Below are positions 8,864-17,623 of a stretch of DNA of 64,000 bases, in pieces. Under the pieces are notes generated by a model. That model was given only the letters and a program-made list of their open reading frames with translations, did no database searches and had not been told where the DNA came from. How positions within the stretch are numbered: the stretch's first letter is position 1; each line of letters opens with the position of its first letter. A program made the position numbers and the translations under genes. The stretch comes from an uncultured Atopobium sp. (GTDB lineage Bacteria > Actinomycetota > Coriobacteriia > Coriobacteriales > Atopobiaceae): positions 19,295 through 83,294 of the forward strand of contig CALKRF010000155.1 in NCBI GenBank assembly GCA_937990665.1, given 5' to 3'.

Positions 8864-10684
8864 TTAAGCCTCATCAAGTGCGCCGATATGAGCGCGATAC
8901 ATGGTTGCATAGAGCGGACATGTCTCCATAAGCTGCTCGTGAGTACCCTCAGCTTCAATGGACCCATTATTAACGACAACAATTTTGTCGGCATTTTGTA
9001 CAGTAGAAAGGCGGTGCGCGATAACCACCAGCGTTTTACCAGCCACCAGCTTTGCAACTGCAGATTCAACCTCTGCTTCTGATTCTGGATCCGCGTAGGC
9101 CGTTGCTTCGTCGAGCATGATAATAGGCGCATTTTTGAGCATAGCTCGAGCAATTGCCACGCGCTGACGCTCGCCACCAGAAAGATGACCTCCCGAGCCT
9201 CCTACAACCGTTTGATAACCATGAGGAAGCGATTGGATAAAGTTATGGCAGCCAGAAGCTTTTGCGCAAGCAATGACCTCTTCATCAGTGGCATCTTTTT
9301 TACCCATCCTGATGTTTTCCATAATGGTCTCATCAAAAAGGTAACTATCTTGATCAACGTAAGCTACAAGGTCTGCGAGTTGAGATGGAGCGCAGGAGCG
9401 AATATCTTGTCCTCCAATAGAAACAGACCCTTCATTTGGATCCCAGAAACCTGCGATAAGCCGTGCAACAGTAGACTTACCTGATCCACTTGGACCAACA
9501 AGTGCCGTAACTTGTCCTGGCTCAATATCTAAAGTAATCCCATGGATTACTTCATTGCTTCCGTACGAGAAACGAACATCACTCAGTTCAATTTCAGTGC
9601 CCTCAAGCGTACAAGGGACCTCGGCCCTAACCTGATCTGGATAGTTCAATACCTCAGAGATTTCTTTGACAACAGAACCTACCTGCGCAAGAGAATCCAT
9701 AAAGCTCATTGCTTCAAAGAGCGGCTGAAAAATACCTAAAGAAAGCACGGCACACATAACAAAAGTAGAAGGAGAAAGAGTTCCCTGAAGCACAAACAAG
9801 CATCCAAGGGGCAATACCGTTACTAACGTTGCAGGACCAATTGACAACATGGCATCCTGCCAGATTTGGCAGTGCTTCATCCAATCAATAAAAGCATGGG
9901 CGGAGGCATAAACAGCTTTTGAGAATTTCTCGTAAGAACTTGCAGACTGTCCAAAAGCCTTAATTACCTCAATTCCTGACACATACTCAACTGAAGCATT
10001 ATTCATCTCTTTGCCAGTTACGATAGTATTTTGATACCAATACTCATAGTCTTTCATCATGCCTGATAAACAGGCAAGTCCCACAATAATAGTGAGTAGA
10101 GCAGCAAGAGCAAGTCGCCAGTCTAAAACAATGAGGTACACAAAAACCGCAAAAGCAGCTGTAAGGTTTGAAGTCAGCTCAGGAACTGCATGGGCAAGTG
10201 TGGTTTCAATACTATCGATCTTCTCGACTGACAAGCGTTTGAGAGAGCCGGATGGCGTATCAAGCACATATCCCATGGGGATAGTTGTCAGCTTCTTTGC
10301 CACTCGGGTACGCATATTTGCAATTGTCGCAAACGTTGCCTTATGAGAAACGATAGTTGAAAGATGGTGAAAAACTATTTTTACTAAATAGCTAAGACCC
10401 GCTATAAGTCCCCAATACAGGTAAAACGACCATTCTTGAATTCCATTAAAGATACCAACTACCATGTTGCCTGCGGCAACGTAAGGAACCATTCCTCCCA
10501 AAACGCCAATAATGGCAAGGATGACAGAGAGCGCGTACATACCTTTTCTGTCTGACCACTCGAGCAATACTGCAACAGGATTTACTTCAGATTGCTGAGG
10601 ATCCTGTTTTGTATTTTGATTGGACTCAGTAGCTTGAACACTTTGGTTCTGACGATTTGCCATACCCACACCGCCTCCTGCCAC
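8864..10684 (-). CDS. ABC exporter, fused permease/ATPase (first half of the pair)
   Basis: 606-aa ORF. GPSGSGKST, LSGGERQRVAIARA, IIMLDEATAYAD, IAHRL. Has a Q/N-rich N-terminal extension. GTG at 10684 or ATG at 10663 (after GGAGG) are both possible starts. Confidence 0.82.
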   Translation of the reverse strand: MAGGGVGMANRQNQSVQATESNQNTKQDPQQSEVNPVAVLLEWSDRKGMYALSVILAIIGVLGGMVPYVAAGNMVVGIFNGIQEWSFYLYWGLIAGLSYLVKIVFHHLSTIVSHKATFATIANMRTRVAKKLTTIPMGYVLDTPSGSLKRLSVEKIDSIETTLAHAVPELTSNLTAAFAVFVYLIVLDWRLALAALLTIIVGLACLSGMMKDYEYWYQNTIVTGKEMNNASVEYVSGIEVIKAFGQSASSYEKFSKAVYASAHAFIDWMKHCQIWQDAMLSIGPATLVTVLPLGCLFVLQGTLSPSTFVMCAVLSLGIFQPLFEAMSFMDSLAQVGSVVKEISEVLNYPDQVRAEVPCTLEGTEIELSDVRFSYGSNEVIHGITLDIEPGQVTALVGPSGSGKSTVARLIAGFWDPNEGSVSIGGQDIRSCAPSQLADLVAYVDQDSYLFDETIMENIRMGKKDATDEEVIACAKASGCHNFIQSLPHGYQTVVGGSGGHLSGGERQRVAIARAMLKNAPIIMLDEATAYADPESEAEVESAVAKLVAGKTLVVIAHRLSTVQNADKIVVVNNGSIEAEGTHEQLMETCPLYATMYRAHIGALDEA

Positions 10685-10985
10685 AAACTCACAATGTAAT
10701 GTCTGTTATTCAGGCTGGCTTTGACAGAGAAAGCAAAGCTTCAACTGCCATAAGTTAGCTATATATAACTATTTACTAGTTTCAAACTGCTGAATAGCTA
10801 AAACAAGCTAGTTTTATAAGTAATCGGTAAGTGGTAAGCGCGCTGCCTGTAATTGAGACGTGTAAACAATCCCATTAAAATACTTATGAAAGCTTAATCT
10901 AACCTCAATAATTGGTTAATCTTTATAAGAGACCATGTATCACGAAGACGAGAGGCGTCTTTAACATCTCGAAAGGAAGCTGATC

Positions 10986-11528
10986 ATGGAAAAGCTAGAA
11001 AAGGTTGAAGTAATTCGCGAGAAGTGCGGCGTAAGCTACGAGGACGCAAAGGCAGCACTTGACGCTTGTGATGATAATGTTCTTGATGCAATTATTTGGC
11101 TCGAGAAGCAGGGGAAGTCCACTAAACAGACTGCAAACTATACTACTGAGTCAGCTGCACAGTCAGACGTTTCTCCAGAAATGGAAGCAGCTCAAATTGC
11201 CTACCAAGAATCAAGCAAGAAGTCTGATTTTTCAGAGAATATGTCTTCTCTTTGGGAAAAGTGTAAAGAGCTGTTCCATAAAAGCGTTGAAACAAAATTC
11301 ATTGTTACTCGTCGCGGTGAGCAGTTCATGGCCATGCCAGTAATTATTCCAATTGTTGGTCTATTCCTCTGGGGCGTTACATTCTGGCTGCTCATCATTG
11401 GCTTGTTCTTTGAGATGCGTTATCACATTCAGGGAGCTTATCCTATTGTTGTTGATGTAAATGAGGCGATGGATAAGGCTGCAGATGCAGCGGGTTCCAT
11501 CAAAAAAGATGTTATCGACAAAAAATAA
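10986..11528 (+). CDS. DUF4342-like membrane protein with an N-terminal UBA/EF-Ts-N-like domain
   Basis: 180 aa. The N-terminus VIREKCGVSYEDAKAALDACDDNVLDAIIWLEKQG resembles a UBA/TS-N fold. The C-terminus has a hydrophobic segment IPIVGLFLWGVTFWLLIIGLFF. RBS GAAAGGAAG. Confidence 0.55.
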   Translation: MEKLEKVEVIREKCGVSYEDAKAALDACDDNVLDAIIWLEKQGKSTKQTANYTTESAAQSDVSPEMEAAQIAYQESSKKSDFSENMSSLWEKCKELFHKSVETKFIVTRRGEQFMAMPVIIPIVGLFLWGVTFWLLIIGLFFEMRYHIQGAYPIVVDVNEAMDKAADAAGSIKKDVIDKK

Positions 11529-11581
11529 AATGAAATTGGTTCCAAACCTAAAATAGAAAACTTCGATATTTAGGCGAGAAA

Positions 11582-12286
11582 ATGATTAAGGTTCTTATCG
11601 TTGAAGATGAAGAAAAAATTGCACGCTTTGTAGAACTCGAGCTTAAACATGAGGGCTATGAAGTAGACAAAGCTCTTGACGGAAGAACCGGTGCTGAAAA
11701 AGCACTGTCAAATGACTACGACCTTATCTTGCTTGATGTACTTCTCCCCCAGCTTAATGGTCTAGAAGTTCTTAGAAGGATTCGTCGCGAGAAAAACACG
11801 CCTACCATCATGCTTACTGCTCGTGATTCGGTTATGGATAAAGTAGCTGGTCTCGATGCGGGTGCAGATGACTACCTCACCAAACCTTTTGCGATAGAGG
11901 AACTTCTCGCCCGCATTCGAGTGGCCCTTAAGCATCATGAGGCAGACAGTTTAAACTCCCCGACAATTCCTCAAACAGCTGCTACCAGCACCTTTACAAT
12001 TAAGGGTGTCGCACTTGATGTTGACCGCAGAGAAGTCTGTGTCAAGAACGATTCAATCGAACTTACTACTAAGGAATTTGAAGTGCTTCGTATGCTCATG
12101 GAACACGCTGGTGTTGTTATGAGCCGTGAGCGTATTGCATCTGAAGCCCTAGGATATGAGTTTGCTGGAGAAACAAACAACGTAGATGTTCATATTGCTC
12201 ATCTACGTGCAAAAATTGATGATCGTTACAACATCAAGCTAATTACTACCGTTCGTGGAGTCGGATATGTCATCAGAGAAGCATAA
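11582..12286 (+). CDS. OmpR-family response regulator
   Basis: Receiver domain (DLILLDVLLP, phospho-Asp context) plus a winged-helix output domain (LTTKEFEVLRML...VRGVGY). Confidence 0.9.
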   Translation: MIKVLIVEDEEKIARFVELELKHEGYEVDKALDGRTGAEKALSNDYDLILLDVLLPQLNGLEVLRRIRREKNTPTIMLTARDSVMDKVAGLDAGADDYLTKPFAIEELLARIRVALKHHEADSLNSPTIPQTAATSTFTIKGVALDVDRREVCVKNDSIELTTKEFEVLRMLMEHAGVVMSRERIASEALGYEFAGETNNVDVHIAHLRAKIDDRYNIKLITTVRGVGYVIREA

Positions 12287-13637
12287 CCAGTCCACCATAC
12301 AAGAACATAAAAAGCCTTTCTTTACTCCCTCTGATTCGTCGACAGCTGGAGTAATTACCTGGGGATTTTGGTGGCGTAAGCTGATGAATTACGTCGGCTT
12401 TGATCTTTTTTTACTGGTAAATATTGCTCTGATTTTTATTTATATGTATAACCAGCGTGTTCCACAGGGTACTTTTTACCTCGGGTTTTTTCCTACTGAG
12501 TCTCACTCCATTTCTCTTACTGGTTTCACTTTCTTACACGGACTCTCAAGCCTAAAATACATTGTTCATGGCCCTACTTTTGGCGCAAAAATATTTGATT
12601 TAGGCGTAGAGTTAGCACACTTCTGGCCCATGTACATTGCAATCCTTGTCTGGGAAATCATTGATCTGTTGTCATTCTTCGGTGATATGCGGCGCGTCAG
12701 AAGAGCTCTTCAGCCCCTTAACACACTTGCTCTTAAAGCAGATCAACTTGTGAACGTTGATGCACTTTCCACTGATTCCATAACAAACGAAACCCTGGTA
12801 AAAGACGAGAAAATCAAGAGTCTTGAACAGGCAATTGAAGAAGCCAATATTAACGCTCCAAAGATTCAAACGGGCGACCAAGATCTTGCAAGCATTGAGA
12901 TTGCCTTAAATAAACTGCTTCGTCGTATGCAAGAAGCAAAGTTGCAGCAGATGCGTTTTGTCAACGACGCTAGCCACGAACTTCGCACACCTATAGCAGT
13001 TATTCGAGGCTATACTGACATGCTTGACCGATGGGGTAAGACAGACGAGGCTGTACTAGATGAGTCTATCGCTGCGCTCAAATCCGAGAGCGAACACATG
13101 CATGACCTTGTTGAGCAGCTCCTCTTCTTAGCACGCGGAGACGCAGGAAGAAATACCCTCACAAAGACTAAGCTCAATCTTGCACGGATAACTTCTGAGG
13201 TCTGTGAAGAGTCGGAAATGATTGATCCAGATCATCACTATGTGCTGAAATTTGATCAGAGTGCACCAACAGACGATTGCTATCAGGTGCTTGCTGACAC
13301 CGCAATGATTAAGCAGTCTATCCGTATCATCGTACAAAATGCTGCTCGATATTCTGCTGCTCAGACCACCATTTCTTTTAATGTCGCGTATGACGAGAAA
13401 ACCGTTCAAGTTTCAATCGAAGATGAAGGTATGGGCATATCCGAGACAGCAGCCGCTCATATTTTTGAAAGATTCTGGAGAGCCGACAACGCTCGTATTG
13501 AAAGCAACGAAGGTTCTGGACTTGGACTATCCATCGCAAAATGGATTGTCGATAATCATGACGGCTCTATTGAGGTACTTTCACGCGAAGGTGTAGGCAC
13601 ACGTTTTACCATCGTTTTACCTCGAGAGATGTCATAG
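12267..13637 (+). CDS. Sensor histidine kinase (HisKA/HATPase_c)
   Basis: H-box FVNDASHELRTPI, N-box QNAARYS, G-box GSGLGLSIAK, and TM segments in the N-terminal third. The ORF-track start 12255 is GTG. The ATG at 12267 overlaps the regulator stop by 20 nt. Confidence 0.85.
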   Translation: MSSEKHNQSTIQEHKKPFFTPSDSSTAGVITWGFWWRKLMNYVGFDLFLLVNIALIFIYMYNQRVPQGTFYLGFFPTESHSISLTGFTFLHGLSSLKYIVHGPTFGAKIFDLGVELAHFWPMYIAILVWEIIDLLSFFGDMRRVRRALQPLNTLALKADQLVNVDALSTDSITNETLVKDEKIKSLEQAIEEANINAPKIQTGDQDLASIEIALNKLLRRMQEAKLQQMRFVNDASHELRTPIAVIRGYTDMLDRWGKTDEAVLDESIAALKSESEHMHDLVEQLLFLARGDAGRNTLTKTKLNLARITSEVCEESEMIDPDHHYVLKFDQSAPTDDCYQVLADTAMIKQSIRIIVQNAARYSAAQTTISFNVAYDEKTVQVSIEDEGMGISETAAAHIFERFWRADNARIESNEGSGLGLSIAKWIVDNHDGSIEVLSREGVGTRFTIVLPREMS

Positions 13638-13662
13638 TGAACCCAAAGGCACATCCAAAAGT

Positions 13663-14162
13663 AAAAGGTCCTTCTCGTCAGTCTGAACTACCTCCCATTT
13701 CTTGGACATAAGAAATGGGAGGCAGTTCATATGCGGGTGATTATGATTCTGCAGCGTGTTAGCGTTGTCTTTTAGGCCTGGCGTACAAAATAGCGCAGCT
13801 TTGGTAGGTCTCTCTGAAGAATTGACATGTTCTTAATCAAGATAGCAGGCAGCTAGGCGGTCGCACTACCTGATATGCATCTCTATGTATAAACTTCATC
13901 TAATATGCTTAAACCTGAATAGACTTATATAAGATATTTAACTATCGATAAATTCAGTATCTACGGAACACACCTAAGTCAGATAATCTGCTCAATTGCG
14001 GGCATTTTACACACCTAATGAAGATAATCTGCATGTTTGTGGTATTTTCTGCGTCATGTATACGTCTTTTTGACAGATTATCCGACTTAGGTGTGTTTTG
14101 AACTGCCTCCTATTTCTTATATCCAAGAAATGGGAGGCAGTTCAGTCGAGAAGGACCTTTTT
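13663..14162. repeat. Composite palindromic non-coding element: 15-bp outer stem, two ~44-bp terminal hairpins in inverted orientation, AT-rich core
   Basis: AAAAGGTCCTTCTCG (13663-13677) is the exact reverse complement of CGAGAAGGACCTTTT (14147-14161). Hairpin H1 (13685-13728) and hairpin H2 (14100-14143) are about 93% identical as inverted copies. TCAGT occurs at both junctions (13678-13682 and 14142-14146). There is no ORF longer than 20 codons inside. Confidence 0.8.
13967..14097. repeat. Nested 131-bp unit bounded by 24-bp inverted repeats
   Basis: AACACACCTAAGTCAGATAATCTG (13967-13990) matches the reverse complement of 14074-14097 at 23 of 24 positions. A third, direct, diverged copy lies at 14009-14031. 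Confidence 0.75.
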
Positions 14163-14183
14163 GTTGTAACGAAAAAACATACG

Positions 14184-17100
14184 CTAAGCGCCGAGATTGC
14201 TCTGATGCAGTTCAGCAAACCTCTGTAGTTTCTGAACAACCTGTGGCGTGAGCATGTCCTTTTTAACCTGCCAAGACCAATTGCCTTCAGCTTTACCAGG
14301 AATGTTCATACGAGCATCGTCAGAAAGACCTAAGACGTCCTGTAGCGGCAAAATAACCACTGCATTAGAAGTGCTAACTACTTGCTCCATAAGATGATCA
14401 AAAATCTGGTGCGATTCATCAGTTGTCTGGCCACCTGTAAAACGAGCTTCTACAAAACCCATAAGCGTTTGCGTATCATGGGTACCGCTGTACACAATAG
14501 ACTCTTGAGCTGGTGTAAAGGAATATCTACAGTCTCCATCAGCAAACTGGATAACACTCATACCCGGGAAACCTGTCTGAGAAAGCAATGCTCGGACCGC
14601 AGGAGTAACCGCTCCTAAATCTTCTGCAATAAAAGGAAGTGGGCCAAGCTGCTTATAAGCAACATCAAACAGCTCCAGGCCGGGACCAAACTTGAATGAA
14701 CCCTCAGCAGCAGTCTTTCCCTGCTCAATAGCATAGTAAGACGTAAAACCAATAAAATGGTCCAGCCTTGTATAGTCATACAGATAGAAAGACCTGCGGA
14801 AACGTTCAATCCACCAGCGATATCCTTCGTCTTTATGAGCCTGCCAGGTATACGTTGGATTACCCCACAGCTGACCATCTTGAGAAAACGCGTCAGCAGG
14901 AGCTCCAGCCTGAAGCTCTGTATGACCTGTATCATCTAAAGCAAAAAGTTCTGGATGTGCCCAAACATCAGCGGAATCCTCTGAAACAAACATAGGCATA
15001 TCGCCAATAATCTGAATGTCTTTAGCACGAGCCTCCGCTAATGTCTGACTCCACATTACGTCAAAAGCAAATTGCTGCTTTCGATGAAGCTCGATTGCCT
15101 GAGCAAGCTCAGGACGCTCAAGAAGTTCTTGTGACCAGCTGCGATATTGCTCAGGCCACTCCTGCCACACTCCCTCACCCAACAGGTCTTTAATAGCACA
15201 AAATGCTGCATACGAATCAAGCCAATATGAGTTTCTCGCCAGAAATGCCTGGTACTCAGCAGATCGCTTGCCTTGAGGGTCATTGCACTCAGAAATGACT
15301 CTCTCCATTGCCGCTGGATTAAGTAGATTGATGTTTCCTGCAAAAGCGGAAATTCCCGCGTAAGGAGAACCGTACTCATCGGTTGGACTGACAGGTAAAA
15401 TCTGCCAATACTTCTGGTCAGATTTGGCGAGAAAATCGATGAACTCGGAAGTCTCGCGACCAATAACACCAAGCCTCTGACCTGGCGTAATTGCGGAGTT
15501 CTCATCGGCAGGCAGAGAGGTAATGTGAGCAAGCACTCCCATACCAAGCTCAAGAGGCTTTTGTAACCTATAAGCTGGCTGAACGTTTAAGACCGTACAT
15601 CCAAGCTGCCACAAAAAGACCTCTGCTTTGCCGTCCTTAACGGGGACTGCTTGGCCACTAATAACATCAATAACCTGCATGTTTTGAGGTACAGAAACAT
15701 ATACTGTTTTAGCATCTGAGCGACTCTTATTCACCAGAACACAGATACCAGAAGCGGCTTTGCCCTGCTGCTCTTGCTGCTCATCTTCCTGCAGAGGCTT
15801 GCGCCAAAATGCCAGAACGTCATCAGATCCTCCTTCTGGAACAAATGGCTCAAACGAACCATCTACCAGTAGTGGCAGCGTTTTTCTGAGCGCGATGGCA
15901 TTGCGATAGATATGAAAGTAGTCTAAGTCCGCACGAGGGCTGCTCTCTGGCCATGGCATGGTTGCGCGATTTGTTGGATCAACAAATCCCTCAACACCCA
16001 TCTCATCACCGTAATAGATTGACGGGACACCAGGAAGTGTCATCTGTAGCACCGCAGTCTGCCACATACGAGCCTTAGAAAGGCCGCGTTGATCAGCAGA
16101 AAGTCTGTACGTTACCTGCTCATGAGCAGAAAGAGAATCTGGAGCAGGAGCTCCAGCAACTACGTTAATCAATCGCTCTTTATCATGTGTTCCAAACACG
16201 TTGAGGCAAGAATAAAACGCCTCGTGAGGATAGTTTTCCCACAGTTCCTCAAGAGCAGAAGCTGTTGCCTCAGCACCAACCTCATTCATCAAAAATGAAA
16301 GAATAGATTTACGCAGAGGATAATTCATAGGACCGTCAAGCTCTAGGCCCTCAAGATACTGTCTGAGTTTTCCATACGCACGCTTATTACTTGCGTCCTC
16401 CCAGACCTCTCCGATAATGACCGCATCGCTACGCTCTGCAAGTGCAGCAGCACGAATCTTCTGAATAAATGAGTCAGAAATCTCGTCAGCAACGTCTAAG
16501 CGCCAACCGCGAGCACCTCGGCGCAGCCACGTTCTAATAACGCCATTCTCGCCACAAATAAACTCCTGATAATCAGGGTTATCAGAGACAATCGTCGGAA
16601 GAGCATCAACACCCCACCAGCTCTCGTATGTTCCATCCTCATGGAACGTAAACCACTTATCATAGGCAGAGCCAGCCTGCTGAACTGCTCCTGGTTCAGA
16701 GTAGTTAGAAAATTTATTAAAGTATTTTGAATCAGCGCCACAATGATTAAAAACGCCATCCAAAATAATGGAAATACCATGCTCAGCAGCTTTAACGCAG
16801 AGGCGTTCAAAATCCTCTACAGTGCCCAACACGGGATCAACTTCTAAATAATCCGCAATATCGTAGCGATGATTACTGGAAGCAGCATAGATTGGATTCA
16901 AATAAAGCGCAGTTATTCCAAGATTTTCCAAGTAGGAAAGCTTCTCTTCAATACCAGCTAAAGAACCGCCGTAGAAATCCCACTCAGTCACGCGGCCATT
17001 AGCATCTCGCTGATACCCAGGGGTCTTCTCCCAGTCTTCAACCAGCTGGCGAGAAACCCCACTTCTTGGAACAGCAAGTGCTTGCTTGGTACGTTTGTGC

Positions 17101-17621
17101 CAGTTTGCATCTCGTGCAAACCTGTCGGGGAAAATCTGGTAGACAACTCCCCCTTTGTACCAGCTAGGATCTTCTACACCCGCAAAGCCACCACGAGGCT
17201 CATAGCAAGTAATCTGAAATGATGGTGGCTCGCCATAGGCAAAGCTACCAACACCGGTGCATCTATTTTCTTGAGCACCATATGACCAAACTGCTCCGTC
17301 AGAAGCCTGAAGCTCAAAACGATACCAAATAAGGCCTGTAGCAGCTGGTTTAACAATTGCTTCAAAGCACTGCGCATAGTCAGGTACACCAGTCGGAAGC
17401 GCGCCAGCAAAATCACTCTTTTGCATCACAACGCGTTTCTCGCCAGACAGAGCTTGGGCCTCTGGAGACGATTCAGGGCCATACTCTTGCCAGAGACGAA
17501 GCGTTACTGATTGAACATCATCGTCCCAAGCAAATATTCTGATTGTTGCTGAAGTACCTAGTTCTACCGCGCCTTTTGGATCTCTACAAACAATGTTTGA
17601 GGTGTTGTGAAAAGCCTGCAT
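14184..17621 (-). CDS. Fusion protein: GH13 neopullulanase/cyclomaltodextrinase-like hydrolase (N-terminal) plus GH77 4-alpha-glucanotransferase (C-terminal)
   Basis: GH13 regions: DGVFNH, GWRLDVADE, IIGEVWED, FGTHDKE, with VVYQIFPDRFA upstream. GH77 from about aa 694: GVLAHITSLP, WQILPVSPT, RLDHFIGF, FIAEDLG, YSGTHDT. The frame is continuous across the junction near nt 15563. The ATG at 17621 lies 2 nt after the glgA stop (the ORF-track TTG at 17630 overlaps glgA). Confidence 0.85.
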   Translation of the reverse strand: MQAFHNTSNIVCRDPKGAVELGTSATIRIFAWDDDVQSVTLRLWQEYGPESSPEAQALSGEKRVVMQKSDFAGALPTGVPDYAQCFEAIVKPAATGLIWYRFELQASDGAVWSYGAQENRCTGVGSFAYGEPPSFQITCYEPRGGFAGVEDPSWYKGGVVYQIFPDRFARDANWHKRTKQALAVPRSGVSRQLVEDWEKTPGYQRDANGRVTEWDFYGGSLAGIEEKLSYLENLGITALYLNPIYAASSNHRYDIADYLEVDPVLGTVEDFERLCVKAAEHGISIILDGVFNHCGADSKYFNKFSNYSEPGAVQQAGSAYDKWFTFHEDGTYESWWGVDALPTIVSDNPDYQEFICGENGVIRTWLRRGARGWRLDVADEISDSFIQKIRAAALAERSDAVIIGEVWEDASNKRAYGKLRQYLEGLELDGPMNYPLRKSILSFLMNEVGAEATASALEELWENYPHEAFYSCLNVFGTHDKERLINVVAGAPAPDSLSAHEQVTYRLSADQRGLSKARMWQTAVLQMTLPGVPSIYYGDEMGVEGFVDPTNRATMPWPESSPRADLDYFHIYRNAIALRKTLPLLVDGSFEPFVPEGGSDDVLAFWRKPLQEDEQQEQQGKAASGICVLVNKSRSDAKTVYVSVPQNMQVIDVISGQAVPVKDGKAEVFLWQLGCTVLNVQPAYRLQKPLELGMGVLAHITSLPADENSAITPGQRLGVIGRETSEFIDFLAKSDQKYWQILPVSPTDEYGSPYAGISAFAGNINLLNPAAMERVISECNDPQGKRSAEYQAFLARNSYWLDSYAAFCAIKDLLGEGVWQEWPEQYRSWSQELLERPELAQAIELHRKQQFAFDVMWSQTLAEARAKDIQIIGDMPMFVSEDSADVWAHPELFALDDTGHTELQAGAPADAFSQDGQLWGNPTYTWQAHKDEGYRWWIERFRRSFYLYDYTRLDHFIGFTSYYAIEQGKTAAEGSFKFGPGLELFDVAYKQLGPLPFIAEDLGAVTPAVRALLSQTGFPGMSVIQFADGDCRYSFTPAQESIVYSGTHDTQTLMGFVEARFTGGQTTDESHQIFDHLMEQVVSTSNAVVILPLQDVLGLSDDARMNIPGKAEGNWSWQVKKDMLTPQVVQKLQRFAELHQSNLGA

Positions 17622-17623
17622 TC

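Noticed and set aside
13731-13775. A 14-codon hydrophobic mini-ORF (MRVIMILQRVSVVF) with a GGGAGG SD 8 nt upstream, emerging from the 3' arm of the left terminal hairpin. It could be a type-I-toxin-like peptide.
   Set aside because: It is shorter than any type I toxin I know. The SD is simply part of the hairpin repeat. The mirrored right-end copy has the same SD-like sequence but no ATG. There is no supporting evidence beyond chance.
13967-14097. Three copies of a ~23-nt motif, which might be a small CRISPR array.
   Set aside because: Only two copies are direct and one is inverted. The spacings are unequal (42 and 65 nt start to start). The copies are diverged, and no cas genes or leader are present. 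The pattern fits TIRs or binding sites, not CRISPR.
13640-14183. A possible dif/Xer site or replication-terminus signature at the only large convergent junction. The sequence 43177-43192 (AGAAATTATGTACTGG) was also considered.
   Set aside because: Neither region matches the 11-6-11 dif architecture (xxxxxxxxATAA-6-TTATGTxAAxT) when laid out. The similarity is limited to a TTATGT hexamer.
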